21,373 bases of DNA from Thermoanaerobaculia bacterium (GTDB lineage: Bacteria; Acidobacteriota; Thermoanaerobaculia; Multivoradales; UBA5704): positions 1 through 21,373 of the forward strand of contig JBGAGQ010000085.1 in the NCBI GenBank assembly GCA_044226625.1, in the 5' to 3' direction. Shown piece after piece: positions 1-8,447 of this stretch; positions within the stretch are counted from its first letter, which is position 1; each line of letters starts with the position of its first letter. Made by a program: the position numbers and the translations under genes. The notes under the pieces are model-generated. The model did not search any database. It was not told where the DNA came from and was given only the letters and a program-made list of their open reading frames with translations.

Positions 1-345
1 GGTGGCGGACTGCCGCTCGGCGCGACGGAGAAGCTCGTGCCGCCCACGGGGACGACGATCCACCATCCCGGCGACCTGCTGGTTTTCTACACCGACGGAT
101 TGCCCGAAGCGACGACCGAGGGGGGGGCCACGTTCGGCTATGACCGGTTGAGGTCGCTCGTCGGCCCCGAAGGCTCGGCCGCGACCGTCCACCAGAGAAT
201 CGCGCGGGCCTTTGCCGAGCACCTCGCCGACGAACCGCTGAAGGACGACATGACTCTTCTGGTAATCGGCCGCGACGGGGAAGAGCTTGCGGAAGCGATC
301 CCGCCGCCCGCCGAGGCCTCCCCCTCGGCTCAACCGGCGGCGTAG
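1..345 (+). CDS. PP2C/SpoIIE-family Ser/Thr phosphatase, C-terminal part (5'-truncated by window edge)
   Basis: Frame 1 is open from base 1 (GGGLPLG...), with SpoIIE motifs PGDLLVFYTDGLPEA and DDMTLLVI; stop TAG at 343-345. Confidence 0.85.
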   Translation, partial: GGGLPLGATEKLVPPTGTTIHHPGDLLVFYTDGLPEATTEGGATFGYDRLRSLVGPEGSAATVHQRIARAFAEHLADEPLKDDMTLLVIGRDGEELAEAIPPPAEASPSAQPAA

Positions 346-424
346 GTGAAAACGAGCCGGCGCCCGGTTAGGAGACGAACTCGGGGCCGGATGTGGGGCC
401 GACGGAGTGGAACCGGAGGTCCGG

Positions 425-1702
425 CTAGGGCACGAAACGGCGCAGGAGGCGCTTCCAGCTGAATCGCGCGCCGACCCCGGCCTTGCGGCGCCGCCAGCGC
501 GACTGGCGCGCCTCGGGGGCTCCCAGCTCCTCGAGCAGGCCGTCCGTCGCCTCGCCGAGCGCGGGGACGTGATCCGAAGCCGACGGGCGGCCCCCGTCGA
601 AGCGGGCGGGAAAGGCGATCCGAGGTAGGCCGTCGTCTCCGGCTCGGACGACGTGTCGCGCCTTGGCCGCGGCGCTCTCGCGCGCCTCGGCCGCCGAGAG
701 CACCGGACCGGCTGGCAGATCGTGGGCGACGAACAGCTCCGCCCACTGGGCGCGGGTCCGGCTGCGCATCAGCCGTTCGAGCTTCCGCCGGATGCCGGTC
801 CCCCGATCGAGGTGGTACCCGGCGAGGTCGGGCCTCTCCGCGGCGTGGCAGAAGCGGTGCCAGAAATGCGGTTCGAGGAACGCGAGCGCCACCTTCTTCC
901 GGTCGGCGGTCTCGTAGACCGAATAGCAGGGCAGATCGCCGGTCAGCGCGAGCGGCTGTCCGACCGAGCGGGGGCCGCCCGCTTCGGCCGCCCAGCCGAT
1001 CAGGTTCGAGTGGAGCGCCGCGTCGAACAACGAAGCGTCGATCGTCGTTCCCTTGCCGGTTCGCTCGCGGGCGTAGAGCGCGGCGAGGATCGCCGAGACG
1101 GCGCTCCAGGCGCCCGTGAGGTCGGCGATCGGCGCCGCGGGCAGCGCCTGCGGCGTCGTGGCCGAGATCGGCGCGAGCAGGCCGGCCGCCGCCTGATAGG
1201 TGAGATCGTGCCCCGAGCGGCGCGACGCCGGTCCGTCCTCGCCCCAGCCGGAGATGCCGCAGACGATCAGGCGCGGGAAGCGGCGGCGCAGCTCCTCCCG
1301 GGTCCAGCCGAGCCGGCCGAACGTGCCGGGGCGAAACGTCTCGAGCACGACGTCGGCCCGGGCGATCAAACGGTCGGCGACGTCGCGGCCGGAAGGCTGT
1401 TTGAGATCGAGCGCGATGCTCTCGATACCGGCGAGCAGCTCGCCCGCCAGGGCGCCGTTGCCCTTGGCGCGCGGCGGCGCGGCGCGCACCGGGTCGCCCG
1501 TGTTGGGCTCCTCCACCTTGACCACGCGCGCTCCAAGGTCGGCCAGCAGCCGCGCGGCGAGCGGGCCGGGGAGATGGCGGGAGAAATCGGCGACCAGGAT
1601 GCCGGCGAGCGGAGCCGGGGCTCCGCTCTCTTCGACCGGGTCGGCTCGGCCGACCTCAAGGGTCACATCGGGGGTGGTGCGCGGATCGTCGGTCGGAGTC
1701 AT
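425..1702 (-). CDS. CaiB/BaiF family III CoA-transferase, alpha-methylacyl-CoA racemase-like
   Basis: Motifs DFSRHLPGP, LADLGARVVKVEEP, ADVVLETFRPG, GHDLTY, PIADLTG. Confidence 0.88.
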   Translation of the reverse strand: MTPTDDPRTTPDVTLEVGRADPVEESGAPAPLAGILVADFSRHLPGPLAARLLADLGARVVKVEEPNTGDPVRAAPPRAKGNGALAGELLAGIESIALDLKQPSGRDVADRLIARADVVLETFRPGTFGRLGWTREELRRRFPRLIVCGISGWGEDGPASRRSGHDLTYQAAAGLLAPISATTPQALPAAPIADLTGAWSAVSAILAALYARERTGKGTTIDASLFDAALHSNLIGWAAEAGGPRSVGQPLALTGDLPCYSVYETADRKKVALAFLEPHFWHRFCHAAERPDLAGYHLDRGTGIRRKLERLMRSRTRAQWAELFVAHDLPAGPVLSAAEARESAAAKARHVVRAGDDGLPRIAFPARFDGGRPSASDHVPALGEATDGLLEELGAPEARQSRWRRRKAGVGARFSWKRLLRRFVP

Positions 1703-1721
1703 CGGCCCGGACGCTCCCCCG

Positions 1722-3164
1722 CTACTCCCGCTCGAACACGATGGCGAAGCCGGTTCCGCCCGCGGCGCAGACCGTGAGCAGTCCGAGGTTTCCGTTCCTG
1801 CGCCGCAGCTCGTAGAGCAACTGCGTGGCCGCTCGGGCGCCGGTCGCGCCGAACGGATGCCCGATCGAGATCGAGCCGCCCGTCGCGTTGAGCTTCGCCA
1901 GGTCGACGACTCCGAGAGGCGCCTTGCGGTCCAGCTCCTCCCGGGCGAATTTCGCCGAGGCGAAGCCCTTCAGGTTGGAGAGGATCTGCGCCGCGAACGC
2001 CTCGTGCATTTCGACCAGGTCGAGATCGGAGAGCCCGATCCCGGCCGCGTCCAGCGCCGCGGGCGCGGCGTAGGCCGGCCCTTGGAGCAGCTGGTTCGCC
2101 GGATCGACCGCGGCGAAGGCGTAGCTCCGCAGGTAGCCGAGCGGCCGGTAGCCGAGCGCCTTGGCTCGATGCTCGGACATCAGGAGGACGGCCGCTCCAC
2201 CATCTGTGAGGGGGCTCGAATTGCCCGCGGTGAGGGTGCCGTAGCGCCGATCGAAGACGGGCTTGAGCTTCGCGAGCGCCTCGACCGAGGTATCGGCGCG
2301 GACGCCGTTGTCTTTGTCGACGGGGCGGTCGTACCCGGGGGGAGGAAAAACGGTCGCGATCTGCTCGACGAACCGTCCGTCGGCCGCCGCGGCGGCCGCT
2401 CGGTGATGGGACATGAGGGCGATCTCGTCTTGGGCCCGGCGCGAGATGGCGTTTTCCTTCGCCATCTTTTCGGCCGACTCGCCCATGCTCTGGCCGGTCG
2501 TGTACTCGGCGATCGCGGGAGCGACGGGCGCGAGATCGGCCGGCCGGATCTTCGCGATCGCGGCGGCTTTCTGCTGGAGCGTCTTCGCCTTCGAGAGCGC
2601 CATGAACATGCGCGAAGCGTTCTTCGAAAAGAGGATCGGCACGTTCGACAGCGATTCCGCGCCTCCCGCGAGCACCACCTCGGCCTCGCCCGCGAGGATC
2701 GCCTCGGCGCCGAAGGTCATCGCCCGGTTCGACGAGGCGCAAGCCAGGTTGACCGTCGTCCCTACGACGTCGTGCGGCAGCGACAGACGGAACACCACCT
2801 CGCGGCCGAGGTTCGGGGCATGAAGTGCCGGAATCACGCAGCCGAACACCGACAGATCGATCTCGGAAGGATCGATGCCGGAGCGAGCGATCAGCTCGCC
2901 CGCCGCCGCGCTCGCGAGATCGACGACGTCCATGTGCTGGAGGTCCGTGCCCGCCTTGGAGAACGGGGTCCGGCAGCCATCGACCACCGCGACCCGGCCG
3001 CGCACCCCGCGCAACGCCTCGCGGCCGACCGCCTTGACGGCGGGGCGGCGCGCCGACCCGGTCCATACCGTATCCGCGCGTTCGGAGATCTCTTCCTGCA
3101 CCGAAGCGTCGTTCGGCGGCGGTAAGGGCGACGGGGGCGTGACGACGATCGGCTCGACGGACAT
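1722..3164 (-). CDS. fadI: 3-ketoacyl-CoA thiolase, FadI-type
   Basis: Thiolase motifs NLACASS (catalytic Cys), MHEAFAAQ, GGSISIGHPFGATG, VCAAGG; EYTTGQSMGESAE and NSSPLTDG are typical of FadI. ATG at 3164 has a GGAGG SD upstream. Confidence 0.85.
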   Translation of the reverse strand: MSVEPIVVTPPSPLPPPNDASVQEEISERADTVWTGSARRPAVKAVGREALRGVRGRVAVVDGCRTPFSKAGTDLQHMDVVDLASAAAGELIARSGIDPSEIDLSVFGCVIPALHAPNLGREVVFRLSLPHDVVGTTVNLACASSNRAMTFGAEAILAGEAEVVLAGGAESLSNVPILFSKNASRMFMALSKAKTLQQKAAAIAKIRPADLAPVAPAIAEYTTGQSMGESAEKMAKENAISRRAQDEIALMSHHRAAAAAADGRFVEQIATVFPPPGYDRPVDKDNGVRADTSVEALAKLKPVFDRRYGTLTAGNSSPLTDGGAAVLLMSEHRAKALGYRPLGYLRSYAFAAVDPANQLLQGPAYAAPAALDAAGIGLSDLDLVEMHEAFAAQILSNLKGFASAKFAREELDRKAPLGVVDLAKLNATGGSISIGHPFGATGARAATQLLYELRRRNGNLGLLTVCAAGGTGFAIVFERE

Positions 3165-3360
3165 CCTGGACCTCCCAGGTCGATTCAAGTCTCATGTATA
3201 CCACGGGATCGGCCCGAATGCCGCAGCGCGGCGACACCTCGGGCATGACAGGCGAAGTTTCGTGGCGGCCCGCCCCGATTCGGTCGCGCCGAGGATTCGC
3301 CCCAAGGAGGAGCTCGGCGTTCCCCCGGACGTTTCGGAGGGCTCCCGGTGTCGCCGAGAC

Positions 3361-3369
3361 TGCTACAGT
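3361..3369 (+). promoter_or_regulatory. Putative extended -10 promoter (TGcTACAGT)
   Basis: TGn-TAnnnT match 9 nt upstream of TTG 3379, in otherwise GC-rich DNA. Confidence 0.45.
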
Positions 3370-3378
3370 TCACGCATC

Positions 3379-4170
3379 TTGTTTCCGATCCACCCCGAAC
3401 GTCAGGGCGCGGCGCTGGTGATCGCTCACCCCGGGCACGAGCTGAGGGTCCATGGCTGGCTGGAGCGCGAGCGACCGATCGTCTTCGTGCTGACCGACGG
3501 CTCCGGCCGCGGCCTCTCGAGGCTCGATTCGACTTCCCGCCTTCTGGCCTCGGCGGGAGCCGCGCCCGGCTCGATCTACGGACGCTTCTCCGACCGCGCG
3601 CTCTATGACGCCCTTCTCGCCCGCGAGCTGACGCTTTTCGTGTCGCTCGCCGCCGAGCTGACCGAGGCCCTCCGCGCCGCGGCGGTGGCCACCGTGGCCG
3701 GCGATGCGCTCGAAGGGTTCAATCCGACACACGATCTGTGCCGCCTCCTCATCGACGCCGCGGTCCTTCGCCTCCGCCGCGGCGGAACAGAGGCCGCCGC
3801 ACGCACGATCGCAAACCTTCAATTCCCCCTCGAGGCGCATCCGGAGAGCGGCTCGGAGGACGCCGCCGAGGGCCTCTCGCTCGATCTCGACGAGGCGGCG
3901 TTCGCGAGAAAGCTCGCCGCCGCCCGCACCTATCCGGAGATGGCGTACGAAGTGGACGCCGCGTTCTCGCGCTTCGGACCCGACGCGTTTCGCAAGGAAC
4001 GCCTCACGCCGGCCGTCTCGACGCCGGTCGATGCGCTCTATCGCGAAACGCCCTATTTCGAGCGCCACGGCGAGCGGCGCGTAGCCGAAGGGGTGTACCG
4101 CACGGTGTTGCGCGGCCGGGAGCACCTGGCGCCGGTAGCCGATTCGCTCCATCGATGGGCGAGCGAATGA
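3379..4170 (+). CDS. Hypothetical protein, divergent PIG-L/LmbE-like fold
   Basis: LVIAHPGHE, VFVLTDG and EGFNPTHD fall in the order of PIG-L motifs (AHPDDE, xTxG, HPDH). The start is uncertain (TTG 3379 or GTG 3418); the upstream part of the 2875 ORF overlaps fadI and is not considered real. Confidence 0.7.
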   Translation: MFPIHPERQGAALVIAHPGHELRVHGWLERERPIVFVLTDGSGRGLSRLDSTSRLLASAGAAPGSIYGRFSDRALYDALLARELTLFVSLAAELTEALRAAAVATVAGDALEGFNPTHDLCRLLIDAAVLRLRRGGTEAAARTIANLQFPLEAHPESGSEDAAEGLSLDLDEAAFARKLAAARTYPEMAYEVDAAFSRFGPDAFRKERLTPAVSTPVDALYRETPYFERHGERRVAEGVYRTVLRGREHLAPVADSLHRWASE

Positions 4171-4180
4171 GCGTCCGGCC

Positions 4181-5365
4181 ATGAAGCCGATTCGGGTGCT
4201 GTTCACGCTCCGGACCCTGAGCCGTCGGAGCGGCTCCGAGGCGTACGTGATGGACCTCGCGCGCGCGCTCCGGCGCCGCGGCCACGAGCCGATCGTCTAC
4301 GCCTCCGAAGGGGGGGATCTCGCGCACGAGCTCAAGATGGCCACCGTCGCGGTGATCGAGCGGCTCGACCGGTTGGCCGTCGCGCCCGACCTGATCCACG
4401 GCAACCACCATCCGGAGACGATGACGGCGCTGCTCCATTTTCCCGACGTCCCGGCGATCCACGTCACCCACGCCTGGAACTCGTTCGAGGCGACGCCGGT
4501 CCACCACCCCCGGGTGCTGGCCTACGTCGCGGTCGACGACACCTGCCGCGATCGGTTGATCCAGGAGGAAGCGATCCCCCCCGAGCGCATTCGCGTTCTG
4601 CAGAACGGGGTCGATCTCGATCGCTTCCGGCCCCGCGATCCCCTACCTCCCCGGCCGAGGCGGGCCCTCGTGTTCAGCAACTACGCCGCTTCCGGCACCC
4701 ATCTTGAGATCTGCGCGGAAGCGTGTCGCCGCGCGGGAATCGAGTTCGACGCGATCGGCTCCGGCGTCGGCCGGGAGGCTTCCGCGCCGGAACGGACGAT
4801 CGGGGCCTACGACCTGATCTTCGCCAAGGCACGCTGCGCCCTGGAGGCCCTCGCCGTGGGCGCGGCGGTCGTCCTGTGCGACACGACCGGCTCGGGCCCG
4901 CTCGTCACCGCGGGCAACGTCGCCGCCCTACGCCGCGAGAACTTCGGCCTGCGGGCGATCCAACGGCCGCTGGACGTCGATCTGCTGCTCGGGGAGATGT
5001 CGCGCTACGACCCGGCCGACGCCGCCGAAGCCAGCCGGTTCATCCGCGAGACGGCGCACCTCGAAAAATCGGCCGACGACCTCGTCGCCCTCTATGGCGA
5101 GGTGGTCGAATCCTTTCGAGGCCGGCCGCGCGATCCGCTCGCGGAGAGCCGGGCGGCCGCCGAATACCTCCGCCGCTTCAGCCCCTCCTGGCGCGACACC
5201 GACGTCCTCAAGAGCCGACTCGAAAACGCCGAGGCCGAACGCGACCTGATGCGCGGCGAGATCGCCTACTTCGCGAACAGCGCCACCTGGCGGCTGCGAG
5301 AACGTATCGTCCGCTGGAAGCCGCTGGTCGGCGTCTACAAGAAGCTGTTCGGCAAGAACCGCTAA
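4181..5365 (+). CDS. Glycosyltransferase, GT-B fold, GT4-like
   Basis: SGSEAYVMDLARALRRRGHE, PDLIHGN, RIRVLQNGVDLDRF, ALEALAVG. Confidence 0.85.
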   Translation: MKPIRVLFTLRTLSRRSGSEAYVMDLARALRRRGHEPIVYASEGGDLAHELKMATVAVIERLDRLAVAPDLIHGNHHPETMTALLHFPDVPAIHVTHAWNSFEATPVHHPRVLAYVAVDDTCRDRLIQEEAIPPERIRVLQNGVDLDRFRPRDPLPPRPRRALVFSNYAASGTHLEICAEACRRAGIEFDAIGSGVGREASAPERTIGAYDLIFAKARCALEALAVGAAVVLCDTTGSGPLVTAGNVAALRRENFGLRAIQRPLDVDLLLGEMSRYDPADAAEASRFIRETAHLEKSADDLVALYGEVVESFRGRPRDPLAESRAAAEYLRRFSPSWRDTDVLKSRLENAEAERDLMRGEIAYFANSATWRLRERIVRWKPLVGVYKKLFGKNR

Positions 5366-5383
5366 GCGCCGGCAGGAAGGAAA

Positions 5384-6427
5384 CTAGCCGGCGCGCTCGA
5401 CCAGCATGGCGTCGCCGTACGAATAGAAACGGTACCCCGCCTCGATCGCCTCGCGATACGCGGCCAGGATCCTCTCCCTGCCCGCAAACGCCGACACGAG
5501 CATCAGCAGCGTCGAGCACGGGAGATGGAAGTTGGTCAGCAAAAGGTCCACGACACGAAATCGATAGCCGGGGGTTATGAACAGCTCGGTGACGCCCGAG
5601 CCGGCGCGCACCTCGCCGCCGCTCCCCTCCACGGCCGCGGAGGATTCGAGCGTCCGCACCACGGTCGTACCGATCGCGACGATCCGGCCTCCCGCGCTTC
5701 GCGTCCGGGCGATCGCGGAGGCCGTCTCCTCAGGCACGACCCAGCGCTCCCGTTCCATCCGATGCTCGTGGACCAGCTCCGCGGTCACCGGCTTGAAGGT
5801 GCCGATCCCGACGTGAAGGGTCACCCGCGCGACGTCGATCCCGGCCGCTCCGAGGGCGGCGAGGATCTCGTTCGAGAGGTGGAGCCCGGCGGTGGGCGCG
5901 GCGATCGCTCCGGGATGGCGCGCGAAGACGGTCTGGTAGCGCTCGCGATCCGACGAGTCGTCGGTCCTCTTAATGTACGGAGGCAACGGCACGTGGCCGA
6001 GCCGCTCGAGATGCGGCTCGATCTCGGTCGAGAACAGGACCTCGCGCCGACCGTCCTCTCGCACGGCGACCACCTCGGCCGAAATACCGTCGCCGAAGTC
6101 CAGGCGCGCGCCCGGCCGCGCCCGCTTGCCCGGCTTGGCCAGCACCTCCCAGGTCCGCTCCCCGAGCTTTTCGACCAGGAGGATCTCGATCGGGGCCGCG
6201 CCTTCGGGCGACTCCTCCCGGCGCGCGAACAGGCGCGCGGGGATCACCCGGGTGTCGTTGACGATCAACAGGTCGCCCGGGCGCAGCAGCCGAGGGAGAT
6301 CGCGCACCCGCAGGTGCCGGTCTGCGCCGGCGCGATCGACCGCGAGCAGCCGGCTCTCTCCCCGCGGCGCGGGACGGTCGGCGATCGCGCTGTCGGGCAG
6401 GTGGTAGTCGAACTCGCGGGTCAGCAT
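5384..6427 (-). CDS. queA: S-adenosylmethionine:tRNA ribosyltransferase-isomerase
   Basis: FDYHLP, NDTRVIPARL, PLPPYIKR, YQTVFA, AAPTAGLH, TLHVGIGTF, TNFHLPCSTL, YRFYSYGDAM. Confidence 0.97.
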   Translation of the reverse strand: MLTREFDYHLPDSAIADRPAPRGESRLLAVDRAGADRHLRVRDLPRLLRPGDLLIVNDTRVIPARLFARREESPEGAAPIEILLVEKLGERTWEVLAKPGKRARPGARLDFGDGISAEVVAVREDGRREVLFSTEIEPHLERLGHVPLPPYIKRTDDSSDRERYQTVFARHPGAIAAPTAGLHLSNEILAALGAAGIDVARVTLHVGIGTFKPVTAELVHEHRMERERWVVPEETASAIARTRSAGGRIVAIGTTVVRTLESSAAVEGSGGEVRAGSGVTELFITPGYRFRVVDLLLTNFHLPCSTLLMLVSAFAGRERILAAYREAIEAGYRFYSYGDAMLVERAG

Positions 6428-6455
6428 GGTGTCCGGCGGGAGGAAAGCGCGAGCT

Positions 6456-7451
6456 TCAGCGATCGGCGCTCGTCCGCAGGCGGGGATCGTATCGGTCGCG
6501 CAGCCCGTCGCCTACCAGGTGGAGCGACACCACCGCCAGGCAGATCGCGATGCCGGGAAAGGTCGCGATCCACCAGGCCGAGGAGAGGAAGTTCTGTCCC
6601 TCGGCGATCATGTTTCCCCAGCTCGCGCGCGGAGGCCGGATTCCCAGTCCGAGAAAGGACAGGACCGATTCCGCCAGGATGGTCGATCCGGCGAGCAACG
6701 CGGCCTGGACCAGGATCGGACCCGCGGCGTTGGGAATCAGGTGATCCCACCAGATCCCCGGCCAGCTCCTGCCCAATCCCCGCGCCGCGAGGACGAATTC
6801 CCGCCCCTTGAGCACGAGAACCCGCTCCCTGGCGATTCGGGCGACCGCCATCCAATTGGCGAACACCAGAACGCCCACGACGAGCGCGTCGCTCGGCGGG
6901 AACAGCGCTGCGACCGCGATGACCAGGAAAAGATCCGGAAACGCGAGCAAGGCGTCGACTCCGCGCATCAGGATCGCATCGGTCCAACCGCCGCTGAGCG
7001 CGGCGAGCGAGCCGACCGTGACTCCCAAAAGTAGCGCGAGCAGGGTAGTCAAGAAGGCGACCGAGGCCGACACGCGCGCTCCGTGGATCAACCGGGAGAG
7101 GAGATCCCGGCCAAACCGGTCGCTGCCCAGGAGGAAGACGCGAGAGTCGGCGACCCCTCGATCGGTGAGATTCGCAACCTCGGCCGCGGCGATCTCGCTC
7201 CGCACTCCTCGGCGGAGCACCTCCAGCCCCCCGGGAATCCGACGCACCTGCTCGGCGAGCATCCAGCGCCCGTCGGTGAAATGGATGGCGGCGAGCCTCG
7301 TACCCGGCGGCTTCATGCTCGCCGCCGCGGAGTCGAGCTGCTCGTCCGGATCGTACGGCGCCAAGCGCGGCGCGGCGATCGCCACCACGCCGATGACGCC
7401 GAGCAGGATCCAACCCACGACGAGCGTCTTGCCGGGGCTCGCCCCCTTCAC
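6456..7451 (-). CDS. Peptide/nickel ABC transporter permease (DppC/OppC-like)
   Basis: LGSDRFGRDLLSRLIHGARVS, EAA loop EFVLAARGLG, ILAESVLSFLGLG, SWGNMI. GTG start at 7451 overlaps the upstream stop (GTGA). Confidence 0.92.
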   Translation of the reverse strand: MKGASPGKTLVVGWILLGVIGVVAIAAPRLAPYDPDEQLDSAAASMKPPGTRLAAIHFTDGRWMLAEQVRRIPGGLEVLRRGVRSEIAAAEVANLTDRGVADSRVFLLGSDRFGRDLLSRLIHGARVSASVAFLTTLLALLLGVTVGSLAALSGGWTDAILMRGVDALLAFPDLFLVIAVAALFPPSDALVVGVLVFANWMAVARIARERVLVLKGREFVLAARGLGRSWPGIWWDHLIPNAAGPILVQAALLAGSTILAESVLSFLGLGIRPPRASWGNMIAEGQNFLSSAWWIATFPGIAICLAVVSLHLVGDGLRDRYDPRLRTSADR

Positions 7452-8431
7452 GCCGAGCCCTCCGCTTGGCCGAGCCGCACCCGAGGATCGACCGCTGCGT
7501 GCACCACGTCCGCCAAGAAGTTGAACCCTATGACCAGGGCCGCCGACAGGGCGGTTCCGGCCAGGATGACCGGATAGTCGCGCGCGATGGCCGCTTCGAA
7601 GCCGACCCGTCCGAGGCCCGGCAAGGAGAAGATCACCTCGGTGATCAGCGACCCGGACAGCAGACCCGGAATCAGGAGGGCCAGCACCTGGATCACCGGA
7701 CCGAGCGCATATCGGAGGGCATGCAGACCGAGGATTCTCCGCTCGGTAAGACCCCTCGCTCGCGCCATCCGGATGTGCTCCTGCCCGAGAGCGTCGAGCA
7801 GGCTGCCGCGGACGAATCGGGCGAGAATTCCGGAGGTCGCGAGGCCCAAGACCGAGGCCGGCAGAATCAAGTGCCGGATCAGGTCGTGCGCTCGGGCGAG
7901 CGGCGGCAGGGCATCCGCTCCGATCGAATGGAGGCTCCCGGCCGGCAACACCGACCACCGGACGGAGAAAAGTAGGATCGCCATCAGGCTCACCCAAAAG
8001 ACCGGGAGCGAGAAAGCGACCAGCGAAACGACACGGAGCGCGTGGTCGAGAGCTCCGTCGCGGCGAAGAGCTCCCGCGAGCCCGAACAGGAACCCGACTC
8101 CGAGCTGGATCGCGAGCGCCGCGGCGGCGAGCAGGAAGGTGGCCGGCGCCGCGTCGGCGAGAACTCGAGCGACGGGCCGGTTCTGCACCATGGAGGTGCC
8201 CCAATCGCCGCGAGCCGCCGCCGCGAGCCAGAGAACATACTGCTCGCCGAGCGGCCGATCGAGGCCGTAGACGCGACGGAGGTTCTCCCGGCCGGCTTGG
8301 GTCAGGCGGGCTTCCTCGACCAGCTGCGAGGGATCTCCCGGCGTCGCGTGGGCGATGAAGAAGAGGGCCGTCAGGACGAGCCAGAGGAGGACCAGCGAGG
8401 CGCCCAGGCGGCGCAGGAAGTAGAGCGGCAC
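7448..8431 (-). CDS. Peptide/nickel ABC transporter permease (DppB/OppB-like)
   Basis: PGDP, YGLDRPL, GDWGTS, HLILPA, ARARGL, ITEVIFSLPGLG, RDYPVI. Confidence 0.93.
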   Translation of the reverse strand: MPLYFLRRLGASLVLLWLVLTALFFIAHATPGDPSQLVEEARLTQAGRENLRRVYGLDRPLGEQYVLWLAAAARGDWGTSMVQNRPVARVLADAAPATFLLAAAALAIQLGVGFLFGLAGALRRDGALDHALRVVSLVAFSLPVFWVSLMAILLFSVRWSVLPAGSLHSIGADALPPLARAHDLIRHLILPASVLGLATSGILARFVRGSLLDALGQEHIRMARARGLTERRILGLHALRYALGPVIQVLALLIPGLLSGSLITEVIFSLPGLGRVGFEAAIARDYPVILAGTALSAALVIGFNFLADVVHAAVDPRVRLGQAEGSA

Positions 8432-8447
8432 CGGTGGTCCCCGGCTT

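Noticed and set aside
653-3246. Long overlapping ORFs (653-1777, 1200-3125, 1699-3246) and similar ones elsewhere (5525-6811, 8707-10041, 8730-10034, 10966-12456, 15674-16894)
   Set aside because: Arg/Pro/Gly-rich shadow frames of well-supported genes, expected at high GC; no recognisable motifs.
7452-8204. N-terminal extensions of track ORFs 6456-8204, 2875-4170, 14735-15412, 16363-18072 and 19281-20687
   Set aside because: They overlap neighbouring real genes; internal starts with an SD, stop/start overlap or promoter fit better.
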